Assembly (NCBI GenBank): GCA_977018835.1
Contig: OZ361260.1
Coordinates: 2,418,001 to 2,482,000 of the forward strand
Direction of reading: 5' to 3'
From: Minutocellus sp. GHC0000111
Lineage: Eukaryota
Length of the DNA: 64,000 bases
The notes below the pieces were generated by a model, which saw nothing but the letters and a program-made list of their open reading frames with translations, had not been told where the DNA came from and searched no databases. The translations under genes were made by a program, and so were the position numbers. Each line of letters begins with the position of its first letter. Position 1 is the stretch's first letter. Below are positions 49,201 through 60,302 of this stretch, in pieces.

Positions 49201-50097
49201 ATGAAAATGCATAATCAGGATTCCGGAACAGCGGACACTTCTAACACGGCCGTCCATGGTATCATCGGCAAGGTGGAGGAATGCTTCCCGGGCGCTTTGC
49301 CATCGCATCGCATGGCAAAGCAGGTGAGCAAGCTCTTGGAGAAGCACGGCTACACTGACACCAATACGCTTCTGTCGACGTCGCTCTGCTCCGATGAGGT
49401 CAATCGCGACATTGAAGATGAGATGCGTCAGTACTTTGGCAATTCGTACGCCATTGGTGGTCTGGCTGGCTTTGCCTTCGGCGGCGTCGTTGGATTCGGT
49501 AACATGGCCCACCACATTCCCACCGGAGGCCACGGACTAGTCTTCTTTGGACCTCACGTCGGTATCGACTTCGACCTAACGGTTGGCAAGGTCAATCGCC
49601 GTGGTCACAAAGGATCGAGCGAGTGCTGCGGCCCAGCATCGGCGGCTCTGGAGTACTGCCGGCGTGTCAAGGCTGGAGAACTGGGCGAGATCGACACTCC
49701 CAAGGACATTACCGAAAGCCAGCAAACCTGGGTTTGTCACGAGCTACTTCCCATGACGGATCGCATTCTGAAGGAAGATGGAGACATGGCCCGAAGTATT
49801 CAGCTTGCTGCGTCGCTATATGAGGCGCAAGATGCCATGATGGGTCGCATCCTGGCCAAGGCTGGAGATCAGATCAGGGAGGATAGCAAGATTGCCTTTC
49901 TGGGCGGAATTACCATCAACACTCCTGAGGGCTCTGCTGAGTATTTCCTCCCAAAGAAATTTGTCGTTATGGATAACAAGGGCACGGTTGTTGACGACTT
50001 GTTGGAAGAGCTACTAGCTGCCAAGGCCATCGTTCCCAGTAGGATGGCCAAGATGACGGCAGGTTTGGGCGGAGCCGGTCACAAGACATATGGATAG
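49201..50097 (+). CDS. LCIB / theta-type carbonic anhydrase
   Basis: SLCSDEVN, GGLAGFAFGG, HHIP, GPHVGID, ECCG (Cys-His-Cys metal ligands), LGGITINTP. Confidence 0.88.
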   Translation: MKMHNQDSGTADTSNTAVHGIIGKVEECFPGALPSHRMAKQVSKLLEKHGYTDTNTLLSTSLCSDEVNRDIEDEMRQYFGNSYAIGGLAGFAFGGVVGFGNMAHHIPTGGHGLVFFGPHVGIDFDLTVGKVNRRGHKGSSECCGPASAALEYCRRVKAGELGEIDTPKDITESQQTWVCHELLPMTDRILKEDGDMARSIQLAASLYEAQDAMMGRILAKAGDQIREDSKIAFLGGITINTPEGSAEYFLPKKFVVMDNKGTVVDDLLEELLAAKAIVPSRMAKMTAGLGGAGHKTYG

Positions 50098-50270
50098 AGG
50101 TTTGTTGGTTACAAGTAGGAATTTTCGACTTCGAGAAGAAGAAAAGAAACGAAGACGGCAAATTGACTTCCTTGCTAGCGACTAGCAAGCTAGAGCTTCG
50201 CTGGCTGTACCTCTACTAGGTAAGGTTACAAATTAAAATTAAATTTCGTGTGATCGCAACAGGTACGAGT

Positions 50271-50364
50271 AGGATTGGGATATTGGCAAGCAGGCAATAC
50301 CAGGATTGGGATATTGGCAAGCAGGCAATACCGCGTGTTGGCAAGCAGGCAATACCGCGTGTTG
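50271..50364. repeat. Compound tandem repeat (31-bp x2 overlapping 24-bp x2)
   Basis: The core ttggcaagcaggcaatacc occurs three times upstream of the AAA ATPase gene. Confidence 0.9.
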
Positions 50365-50611
50365 CTGCATGCTCTGCTGGCCGCCGCGTCGCTCGCTAGG
50401 CCTACATACACGTATCTACGTACGCCACGCGCTCAGAACGCCTCATTCTTCCTGACTGGCGACTTGGACCAGCACGCGAGGTGGAAGTCAAGAAAGGCAG
50501 CGCTTAGCTCTCCCCTTGCCCCAAGGTCGGCAGTGTTTACAAATTACTACGCAGCATTATTTCATTCTTCGGCTCTAACAGCAGCGGTCCTGCCTCGCCT
50601 GGACAATCAGC

Positions 50612-52936
50612 ATGATAAGAACATCAAGAGGGCGGCGAACGCCCCTCCGGCTTCCACGCATGGCAACTGCCGTTGCTGCCATGGCACTTCTGCTGGGCCT
50701 TTCATGTATCACTGCGATGAATGAGGTGGAAGCAGCCGCCTTGTTTCGCAGCCCGCTGGTGGGTGGGATGCGTGGTGTATCTGGTCGGAAGCGCACAGAT
50801 GAAAGACAGATACTACACGTGTTATCATTGTCGGGCGGCGCAAACGACGCTCGCCCCGATGCCTCGACTGTCCCTCCTGCCGCTGCCACTCGCATTGGTA
50901 CTCATTATTCCCAAGAAAAGGGAGACAAGGAAGTAGAGGAGGAAGAACAAGAAAATGTGGGTGATAAAAACGCACCAAAAGATTCAAATAACAAACCCAA
51001 CCAAGCAGCCCACTCGAAGCACCTCGATCCATCCCAGGTCCTGCCGTCGCATACCAAGGGTGGTTCCCTCGTAGGTGGCCTCCTCATGGCGCTGCGAACG
51101 CATCTGCCTCCACGTCAGATTGCTCGCTTGGCGCTGAGCGGGTGTCAAATCGGCATTCTTTACGTATTGTTCCGTCTCACGTGGCAGGCGGTGCAAGAGG
51201 CTTGGGAGGAGGTGCAGGAGGAGCTCGATGGGGTGGGTGGTGGTAGCGGCGGCGGCGGGGGAGGTGTTGGCGTTCAAGAAGAGCATGATCGGGCGTGGCT
51301 GGACCATGCCGGCGTCGAGGCCGCCGTGGAGCACCAGGCAAAGCTGATGATCATGCAGAATACCGATGATGGGTCGGGCGAAGGAAATGCGCACAATAAT
51401 GGGGGACCAACTGCTGGCAAACAGAGGGCGCGACCAAGAGGGAAGAAATATATGACATCGTTTACCACGGCATCGGAATTGGCAAGAAGACTCCGGGCGG
51501 CAGGGATGCCGATGGCATTGCCCCCTGGCCTTGATCCGAGTATGTTGGCAAATACACCAAACAGTGTGCAGCATGTGTTGAAAAGTCTGACTAGGACAGA
51601 AGGTCGATTGTTATCGTCAACGTTGCTAAGTCCTGCCGATGATATCGATTTTGGCGCAGGATCTGCCGATGTTTCTTCTGATACCATCACACGACGTGAT
51701 CAGATCAACGACTTGTGGAACTCCATAGGAGGATTGGGGAACGTCAAGGACTCGTTGCTGGATCTTGTCTTTCCATTGTTGATGAATCAGTCGGGTGATG
51801 ATTCGTACTATGGCGGTCTATTGGCGAATCCACCCGGTGTGCTGCTGTATGGACCTCCAGGCTGTGGAAAGACCATGCTTGTCAAGGCTCTGGCCTCAAC
51901 CGTCAACGCTCGAGTGTTATGTGTATCTCCCTCGACGCTCATGCGCAAGTATGTCGGTGAAACGGAGCTGCAGGTTCGTGCGCTCTTCAGTTTGGCTCGC
52001 AAAATTGCCCCAACAATTATCTTTGTGGATGAGGTAGATGGACTGTTCCGTGAACGAGGTTCCTCGGATAGTTTGTCGGAAACCGTATCAAGAGACTTGA
52101 AATTGGAATTCATGCAACTCTGGGATGGTATCCGCACCAAGGGCGGTGGAGGGCGGAATGTAAATGAGCAGATATTGGTCATTGGAGCGACAAATAGACC
52201 CTTTGACGTCGACTCGGGCTTCCTTCGACGCATGCCGAGATCATTCTTTGTTGGTCTACCTGATCGAGCCGCACGTATCGCCGTCCTAAAGACAATGCTC
52301 AAGTCAGTACCACTTAGCCCAGACTTTGATGTTGAAGTCATTGCCAAGGCCACCGAGTTTTATTCTCCGAGCGATTTGAAGGAATTACTGCGAACAGCGG
52401 CGCTGGCCCCACTGCGCGAGGCTCGATTCAAGGCCCTCAGCCAGAGTCAGGAAGAAGATGGCAAATCGTCAGAACAGTCGCCAGCAAGTTCTGGACACAT
52501 GTCATCGTCGCTGCGGCCTCTTTCCACCGCTGATGTTATCGGTGCACTTTCCAAAGTCGCTCCTACACAGTTGAATCAACAATACGTGGATGCTCTGACG
52601 GCTTATGCAAGCCGAGCTTGTGGGGATGGCGGTAATAGCAACGGCATCAACGCAGAGGGTGCACAGGATCACAACCGGGGAAGCCGCAGGCCTTACCAGC
52701 ATCCATCGGGATACTATGTGCATAAAGCCAACGATGGGAGAACTTATCTTGCTGACATTGGCACTTTTAGTATGGACGGTCAGCATCAAAATCCTATGTA
52801 CGAAGCAAGTACGGATGATGAGAGTGAGATCGACAGTGAGGGTGATTCCAGCAGCAGTGAGGATGAAAGTGAAGAAAGCGAATTCGATGGTTCGGATATC
52901 TACTTTGACGACGACGACGATGATGATGAGTTGTAG
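50612..52936 (+). CDS. AAA+ ATPase, Msp1/ATAD1-like, with N-terminal signal peptide and TM
   Basis: GVLLYGPPGCGKT, IIFVDEVD, EFMQLWDG, IGATNRPFD, RRMP; acidic tail. Intact 774 aa. Confidence 0.88.
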   Translation: MIRTSRGRRTPLRLPRMATAVAAMALLLGLSCITAMNEVEAAALFRSPLVGGMRGVSGRKRTDERQILHVLSLSGGANDARPDASTVPPAAATRIGTHYSQEKGDKEVEEEEQENVGDKNAPKDSNNKPNQAAHSKHLDPSQVLPSHTKGGSLVGGLLMALRTHLPPRQIARLALSGCQIGILYVLFRLTWQAVQEAWEEVQEELDGVGGGSGGGGGGVGVQEEHDRAWLDHAGVEAAVEHQAKLMIMQNTDDGSGEGNAHNNGGPTAGKQRARPRGKKYMTSFTTASELARRLRAAGMPMALPPGLDPSMLANTPNSVQHVLKSLTRTEGRLLSSTLLSPADDIDFGAGSADVSSDTITRRDQINDLWNSIGGLGNVKDSLLDLVFPLLMNQSGDDSYYGGLLANPPGVLLYGPPGCGKTMLVKALASTVNARVLCVSPSTLMRKYVGETELQVRALFSLARKIAPTIIFVDEVDGLFRERGSSDSLSETVSRDLKLEFMQLWDGIRTKGGGGRNVNEQILVIGATNRPFDVDSGFLRRMPRSFFVGLPDRAARIAVLKTMLKSVPLSPDFDVEVIAKATEFYSPSDLKELLRTAALAPLREARFKALSQSQEEDGKSSEQSPASSGHMSSSLRPLSTADVIGALSKVAPTQLNQQYVDALTAYASRACGDGGNSNGINAEGAQDHNRGSRRPYQHPSGYYVHKANDGRTYLADIGTFSMDGQHQNPMYEASTDDESEIDSEGDSSSSEDESEESEFDGSDIYFDDDDDDDEL

Positions 52937-53206
52937 GCAAGGTTGTGATTGTGTGCTGGTTGTGAGATTAGAAAATGACATGGGCGTGAAAATAAATGAG
53001 GCGGCCCTTTTTCTTTGACACGCACTGGCGATCGATCCATTCGCTAACTCTCCAGTACGATCGCATCTGCGAGCATAGCAAGCCCCGGCCCGAGGTGAGT
53101 ATACGACCGTACCTAATTCGGCTTGCTCCTACGTGCTCGCCTGATTTGATATTTCTCTTACCACCTTTCTTTCTATTCACCCGACCTACTTTTACCAAAA
53201 GCAAAC

Positions 53207-54185
53207 ATGACCTCCACCACCATTGCACCCCTCAACTCATCATCGTCGGATTCGACGACGAGCCCTGGGTGTGGACGTTGTGTACGACATATTCTTCGTT
53301 GGACGCACTAGCAAAGCAGTTGCCGGCAACCCCACTGATAGGGCAAAGGCCATTGATGATCCTGATTTCTGTCACTTTATGCAAATGATTCGGGACAGGA
53401 CCTCTCTTGAGAAAGTTGCACGTATTTACCGCCAAACGTGGACCAAAATGGACGAGTACGTTGCAGAAGAGGCAGCAGCTACCGCCGACGAGGTCTTCGG
53501 TCATCTGCCGCATGATTCACGTGCAATTCGTGTCCCAGATGTCTATACTAACTTTTTCGCCCGAGAAGGCGATTCTTTTGTCGAGGATGAGATTTACGCC
53601 GATGACCAAACACAGCAGCAGCAGCAAGATGTGGACTTGTCTACTCATTCAGACCGATGCCCAGGAGCCCATTGCCAAGCTCTACCCACACCTACCCCAT
53701 CTGGAAAAGTATTCAATGATCAGGGCGAGCTCACATCATTTCTATTCAAGGACGAGTATGACCAAGAAACCCTAGACGCCGCACGAGACGCTGGAGTTGA
53801 GATCATCACAGGAACATTTGAGTACCCCCCAATGCCCGAGCTACCTTCATACCGGCCACATCCTGTCTCCGAAGAGGGTCTTGCTGCACCCGGCCCAGGA
53901 GTTGTCACCACTATTAGCCCTGCATCTTTTGCCAATTTGCCAAAGCCGGTGATAGGTGATAACATTCCAACAGTACCGACAGATGAAGAAGCGGGTGGCT
54001 ATAGTCGCTCAACTTCCGACACTAGCGACGATGCATCAATTGTTCACAACAGCAACGAGACTGGATCTGATGAGGGTGATGAGGACTGTTGCTGGGCGTG
54101 CCTCAAGTGTACGTTCAGGAACTCTCTCGAGAAGCGGCGCTGTGGTGCATGCAATGCTCTCCGTCCTGCACGCTATTACATTTAA
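53207..54185 (+). CDS. Protein with C-terminal RanBP2-type zinc finger; 5' end has two apparent C-homopolymer frameshifts
   Basis: WACLKCTFRNSLEKRRCGACNALRP. ATG 53207 joins the ORF if one C is added at each of ~53228-53231 and ~53263-53265. Confidence 0.6.
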
Positions 54186-54357
54186 ATAAATACTGTAAAA
54201 TATTGAGCGATCCGACTGCACAAATCCATGATTTATAAAAATATATAATAAAGAATGAGGCGTTCGTTTCGTGTCACATCCATTGTCATATTACAGCTCG
54301 CTCGAGTCAGAACACTGAATCAACAGAAGCTACAGACAATACCCCCAATACCCCAGC

Positions 54358-55893
54358 ATGACCTCGGTTGCTCCTCCTCAACTCGTTCTCGTGGGATTCG
54401 ACGATGAACCCTCAGAGCCCCCTACATCCATCGCCTCCTGGGCGCCCCCAACCACGTCCAAGGACCAGATTGACAAGAAGGTCAAGCTCGCAACTCTCCG
54501 CAAGCAGCAGGAGCTCGCTTCGAAGTCTCTCAAGGCATCCAAATTCACAAAGAAGGCCTCCGCCACCCATCACCTCAAGAAAGCGCAGGCTGAAGAGTCC
54601 ATCTTCGAATCAAGTAAGGCACTCGAGATTAAGATCTCGTCCGCCACCTCGAGACGCATGTCACTTACTACGAAGATCGTGGCCAAGATCGCGGCCAAGA
54701 CTAACAAGAACAAGGCACGCAAGGCTCGACTATCTGAGGAAGACTCGGACAAGCTGGTGGAGATTGCCAGCAAATCCAACGAGCGGATGCATGCCGCCGA
54801 GAGTCGTCGTTCGTCTCAGCAAGCCAAGCAGGTGGCCAAGGTCGTCCAATCCTATCAGAACAAGATTGTTGCCGCCGCCGAGGCCAAGCATGCCAGTTCG
54901 AGCCTAGCCCAAGATAAGGGAGAGGCCCTCGAGCAGCGCCTTGCCGCTGCGCAGACGCGCAAGGAGCTACTCGTCGCCGAACAGGTGGAGACCCTCGTCC
55001 AGTCGCACCAAGACAAGGCAGTCCGTATTCAGGAGACGCTCCAGCAGAAGGAGCATTTGGCTCGCGACGGATCTGCTCGTCTCGCCAACAAGATTCGAGC
55101 TGCCGAGGGACGTCGTGCGAAGGAACTGCAAAAGAAGCTCCCCACCGATGCCGCTGAGGATAAAGTGGCGCGGATCGAGGCAGTCAAGGCCAGGGATACC
55201 GAGGTGGCCACCGAGCTCTTGGAGAAGAATACAACCAAGCTTTCCGAAGCCGAGGGTCGTCGCACCACTGCTTTGCAGGAAAAGTCCAACAAGATCTCAG
55301 TCAAGGCTCAGGTCACCGCGAAGCGTCTCGAAACTAAAATGGAGACGTCCGATGTCGCCACGAGTCACCTGCGCGACTTACTGAACGAGAAGATGGCCCG
55401 CGCAGAAGAGAACCGCCAAGAACATCTGGCCCAGCGTACTGCCAATAGCAGCAACAACAGCTCTTTTGCCTTCTCCTCGCCCTCCAAGAGTCCAGTGACT
55501 GCCTTGGCCATTGAGCGCAAGCTGGAGGCAGCAGCCGCTCGGCGCGACATGCACCTTTTAATGCGCTCCGCGACCAAGCGTACCAATCGAAGTCTGGTTG
55601 CTGGAGACTTTCCTTCTTCAGACGAGGATGTTGATGCCAATATGTTCCCGGCCTTGTCGGTCGTCCACTCCCCCCCTGCCAAGAAGCCTCGGTTGGAGAA
55701 TGTCAAAGTCGAAGGAGGAGGGAAAGCTGCCGAGAAGGGCGTCGACGAGGTGCCTGGTGGCAGCGGTTCCGGTCCCTTGGCCGAAAAGTGGCCCCAGTTC
55801 GACGTTTTTTCCTTCCTCAAGGACTTTTGGAAGGGCATGAGCGAGAGTATTGGTGGGATTGTTGTCAAGCTCATGAGTTGCTTCCGCCGTTGA
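54358..55893 (+). CDS. Coiled-coil protein with repeated (K/R)L-x-AA/AE-x-RR units
   Basis: Intact 511 aa K/A/E-rich ORF with repeats such as RMHAAESRR, KIRAAEGRR, KLSEAEGRR and KLEAAAARR. Confidence 0.75.
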   Translation: MTSVAPPQLVLVGFDDEPSEPPTSIASWAPPTTSKDQIDKKVKLATLRKQQELASKSLKASKFTKKASATHHLKKAQAEESIFESSKALEIKISSATSRRMSLTTKIVAKIAAKTNKNKARKARLSEEDSDKLVEIASKSNERMHAAESRRSSQQAKQVAKVVQSYQNKIVAAAEAKHASSSLAQDKGEALEQRLAAAQTRKELLVAEQVETLVQSHQDKAVRIQETLQQKEHLARDGSARLANKIRAAEGRRAKELQKKLPTDAAEDKVARIEAVKARDTEVATELLEKNTTKLSEAEGRRTTALQEKSNKISVKAQVTAKRLETKMETSDVATSHLRDLLNEKMARAEENRQEHLAQRTANSSNNSSFAFSSPSKSPVTALAIERKLEAAAARRDMHLLMRSATKRTNRSLVAGDFPSSDEDVDANMFPALSVVHSPPAKKPRLENVKVEGGGKAAEKGVDEVPGGSGSGPLAEKWPQFDVFSFLKDFWKGMSESIGGIVVKLMSCFRR

Positions 55894-56148
55894 AGATATT
55901 GCACAGACATGGAATGAGTGACAGGCAACGACGGTCCAAGGCATCGGACGCCGACACTGTTTGGAGGAGCAGGTCGCGCTGATGAATCAAATGCAATCAG
56001 GTCTGTCGAGAGACGAGCGGTGAGCTCTCCATTGGGCACAAACGGTATGGCATGCATTTTCAATGTCATCTTAGAGCAGAATAAGAGCGACTAGACCGGT
56101 GGATTCCACCGAATGCGATTTACTTACTATATACACACCTACAACTAC

Positions 56149-58357
56149 TCATTCGTCATCACAGGGCACTACAAAGTCGCACATTTCTTCAGACTCCAGC
56201 AATCCACGCATCTCCTCCAGGACCAAATCCAGCTCGTCGCAAAATCGATCGACGTAGCCATTTGCTCGGCGGCTCGACACATTGAAAACCAGACTGTCGG
56301 AACTCAACCCATATCCCACTCCCAATCCATCTGGTACAACTGGCCCAAAGCCGGGGCAGTACGGCAAAGAACTCGTGCTCAGACGCCACGTCTTGGATCT
56401 GACAAATGCCGGGTGGGAAAACAGAGCCGGAGTTTCCTCTTCTTCCTCCAGGACAAGCGATAAGCCCAAGAAATGGCGATCAACGCCGTGGCCGTTGGAT
56501 GCGCACGTCGCGTAGTCTCGATGGGCCTTGGTCGCCTTTCGAAGTAGGAGCAGCTTCTCATATTTGGCCTCGACGTCATCTCGGTTAATCCTGGATTCTG
56601 GGCCCATTGCTTGTACAAAGGTCTGGCTCTCCATGGAAACAGCTCTTGTTGTTTCGGTACGGCCATGAATATACTTTCTGGTTTGAGTCGCCTCATATGT
56701 GGGAAGCTGCATACCAAAGACGCGATAAGCTGTCAGCTGCATCGCCAGTTGGAGAAAAGCATCGGGAGAGCACCTAGCCTTCTTAATGAATGGTTTCCCG
56801 TAGCCTTGGTGGAGTACTGTCCGTAGCTCAACGCTATCGGTGAGTGCCTCGTATTGTTGTTTGCCCTTGTCAGCGATGTCCTTGCACAGTGCTACGAATT
56901 TCGCATCCTCCCAGCACTTCTGAAAGATATCTCCGACGCCGCTTACTTTCCCATGGGCATGCAAAACGGCATTAAAATCAGAATCCCGATCACCAACATT
57001 CCTTTGCAGCCGCTTGTACTTATTCTTTTGAATCTGCTTGCAGACCACCATTGGAATCGAGCCATCAAATTTGCTATGTTCACCTACGAGAGCCAATTGA
57101 CCATTCGCGTTACAAACAAGCTGGATCGACTTGTCGTACCACCGATTAGCCCCCCACTCGCCGTTTCCATTCCAAAATATTGAGTTGGCTTCGCTCAACG
57201 TCTTGGGATGAGCGTCGTCTAAACAAAGCATGAACGCACCGCTCTCCATAATCTCGAGTGCATCTTGCATGGCCGGTCCACCCTCTTCTAGCAATTGAGA
57301 GTGCGCATTTGCCCAAAAATCTCGGTCGCACCCAGTGATCCACCCCAGTTTCGGTATTCCTTTCTTTTCCTGCTCCTTTGCCATCGACTCGCACCTTTCC
57401 AGCCGATCCACTACAACTTTGTAGGGCAAAGGGATTGGCCTCCTCATCCACAACATCCACCTTGAAGAAGTAGCCTCGGCTGGCGACAATGCAGTGCCTA
57501 TGTAGGCCGGGGTCGTACATTCGGAATGTATCGGAGTTCTGTCGCGGAATGCGACACGAGTTGAACATGTATTTGTATCCTGCCGAACACAGGGGTACTT
57601 CGCCGACCTTATCGCAAGGGGCCTGGCCAGAGCATACTCGCCGCCGAACTTCTGCAGCAGAGAGTATTGCCGCTGCTCCTCTCAGTATTCCTCGACTTGT
57701 CTTGCCATCAGCCGGCAACGTCGGATCGTCATTTATGTTGAGAAAGTAGCTCACATGAACAGCGACAGGGTCACGATATTCCAAGTACATCTTTTCATTC
57801 CACCACTTTTGTAGCCAGCTCGAGTTTGGCCATTCCTCTCGACGCCTTTGTAGACGCTCCTGCAATGGCCTTGCCTCCTCCTCAAAGATATTGCATGCCT
57901 CGAAAAGAGTTTGTTTTTCTTCCTCGGATTCGCACAGCGGAAGTGCCGTCGGAAGGAATCGCTCAATTGTCTCTTGGAGGGTCGGTATCGGCAGCCGAGG
58001 CAAGTTCTCGTTGTTGGCATACAATGGCCCACCGATCAGTTCCTCAAGATGTGCCTCTTCGGTGTAATCACCCTTGGCCTCTATCACGGGCTGTGGCCAC
58101 GAAGGAAATGGTTTCTTGTTGCTTTTTCGCTCGTTTTTTCTTGCTGTCGGTATCGGAGGGACAAGATCGGTGAGATTGGTCGGCGGAACATCCGATTGTT
58201 CCTTGAAGAAGAAAAGTGGTGCTGCTACTTTCGTGGAGGCAACATGGCTTGTTGTCAGCACCGAAGTGGGCGGTACGAAACCGTCAACGGCAGTGGACAC
58301 TAATAATATGACCGCTAGTGCGGTGGGTAAGAGTGGCTGGTGGTAATTGCTGGTCAT
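56149..58357 (-). CDS. Choline/carnitine O-acyltransferase family, plastid-type presequence, one frameshift
   Basis: LPRLPIPTL, NRWYDKS, EHSKFDG, TYEATQTRKYIHGRTET, GHGVDRH, LSTS, GFGPVVPDG. One extra base at ~57425-57433. Confidence 0.88.
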
Positions 58358-58612
58358 GGTACTTGGCGTTTATGCCTGGTTGGTTGCGTTGGCTCGCAGG
58401 CGGCGGAGCAACGCAGTGTTCTCTTCGCGCGAGGGCCGGTCAATGCGAACCCCACCAAATTAGGTTTTTGTACTCAATCAAAATCCCTCTTGGATGATTG
58501 CCTTTCAAACATACACTGACTCAAAATCCGCAAAGAGAAAAACCTATTTTCAGATCTGCAAGCGCCGCCAATGATTTCCCACCACAAATCCACAATTCCA
58601 ATCGATCGAACG

Positions 58613-60169
58613 ATGCCATTCAACCGAATCCCCCGATATCATCTGTTTTCCCTCCTACTAGCTTTGCCTCTAGTTTCATCTGAAGGATTCTCTCCCATTG
58701 CCACTCGTCGCCGAACAATCCGAGTTCAGTCACCTCCACCACCAGCCTTCTTTTCGTCCACCACAGCCGCATCCAAAGATATGGCGAGATCCGAACCCAA
58801 TCGGCAATTTGCGTGGACAAAGCCGACGCTTGAGTTGGCAATCCCAGCCCTAATTGCAAGCATCGCTGATCCGCTCTTGAGCATGATGGACACTGCCTAC
58901 ATTGGTCGGCTGGGCGCAAATCCACTCGCATCCCTTGGAGTTTGTACGTCCATCTTTTATCTTTCGTTTTATGGCTTCCTCGCGACCAAGACGGCCACCA
59001 CGACCTTGGTGGCATCGGCATCCAGCGACAGAGAAGCCTCCCTCGTCACATCCACCTCACTTCAACTTGGAGTGGCGGCCGGATTTCTCGTCATGATTGG
59101 ACTGAGATTGTTTGGTCCACAATGCCTCGCCGCCATGGGCGTTGATACTTCAAGCGAAATATTCCCACATGCATTGGCTTATCTGAACATTAGATGCCTC
59201 TCGGCGCCATTCTTTCTACTCATAACCGTCGCCGAGGGTGCGCTTCGAGGATATGGCGACACCAAGGTGCCACTTTTGGCGTCAACCACCACTGCTGCGA
59301 CAATGATCGCACTGGAACCACTACTAATGTTTGGACTGGGCCTCAAGATTCGAGGAGCTGCAGCTGCGATGGGTCTATCACAGGTAGCCGGTGCTTGTGT
59401 TTATACCTACTTTCTTCGTCGCAGATTTGCTCAAATCAAGAAAAAAGATTCCCCAAAAGAATCATCCGCCAATACTGTGGAAAATGATACAACAACTCTC
59501 ACCAAATCCAAAATCCTCCTTTCCATTGCCAAGGCAAATGCCAGCCTCATTATGAAGCAAGGGTCCCTTCTCTTTACCTGGGCCTATGCTACCAAGACAG
59601 CTACGAAACTTGGGGCAGAACACGTTGCGGCACATCAGGTTGCCCTTAGTTTTTGGATGGTCTTTGCGTATGTGTTGGATGCAGTGTCCGTCTCAGCCCA
59701 AGTGCTTCTATCCAAGGCAAGAAAGAGCCTCGAAGAAATGCGTTCAGTTACCAAGTATATGCTGTCGGTGGCTACTATGCAAGGCTTGCTAATCTCGCTC
59801 ATTATTGCAGGTCTTAGCCCCTACGTCCCCGGGTTCTTCACCAAGGACGCCGCTGTCATCGCCCAACTTAAGAAGCTGATGCCCATCTTAGCCGCACAAC
59901 AACTAATCGTCTCACTAACATTTGTGTCCGAAGCTCTCGCAGCAGGCGGCAGCCAATTCTCGCTCTTGGGAGTGGGCACGGCTATATCTGCCTTGGCGGC
60001 CGTTTCACTGATTGGTAGGGCCAAAACTATTTTGGATATTTGGACCGGGGGCGTCATGGCACTTTTTGTTGGGCGCCTCGTAGCGGCAGGTATGGGAGTG
60101 CTGAACGCCAATCAATTGTTGCCTCGAATAGGAAAAATCGACGGCGCCAAATCCAACAAGAAAGAGTAG
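58613..60169 (+). CDS. MATE (DinF-like) transporter, plastid-type presequence
   Basis: LAIPAL..DPLLSMMDTAYIGRLG, LRGYGDTKVP, AAHQV; many TM segments; SEG-FSP signal. Confidence 0.88.
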   Translation: MPFNRIPRYHLFSLLLALPLVSSEGFSPIATRRRTIRVQSPPPPAFFSSTTAASKDMARSEPNRQFAWTKPTLELAIPALIASIADPLLSMMDTAYIGRLGANPLASLGVCTSIFYLSFYGFLATKTATTTLVASASSDREASLVTSTSLQLGVAAGFLVMIGLRLFGPQCLAAMGVDTSSEIFPHALAYLNIRCLSAPFFLLITVAEGALRGYGDTKVPLLASTTTAATMIALEPLLMFGLGLKIRGAAAAMGLSQVAGACVYTYFLRRRFAQIKKKDSPKESSANTVENDTTTLTKSKILLSIAKANASLIMKQGSLLFTWAYATKTATKLGAEHVAAHQVALSFWMVFAYVLDAVSVSAQVLLSKARKSLEEMRSVTKYMLSVATMQGLLISLIIAGLSPYVPGFFTKDAAVIAQLKKLMPILAAQQLIVSLTFVSEALAAGGSQFSLLGVGTAISALAAVSLIGRAKTILDIWTGGVMALFVGRLVAAGMGVLNANQLLPRIGKIDGAKSNKKE

Positions 60170-60302
60170 AGCCTGTAGAGACACCGCAGATGAATTTTAC
60201 CCTCGAGATATTCGAAATCTACAAGATTTACATTCAGAAATAAGAAAGTGAAACCCAATATACTTTCAACTCATGTTATCGCATAAGCATACTACGAGCA
60301 AG

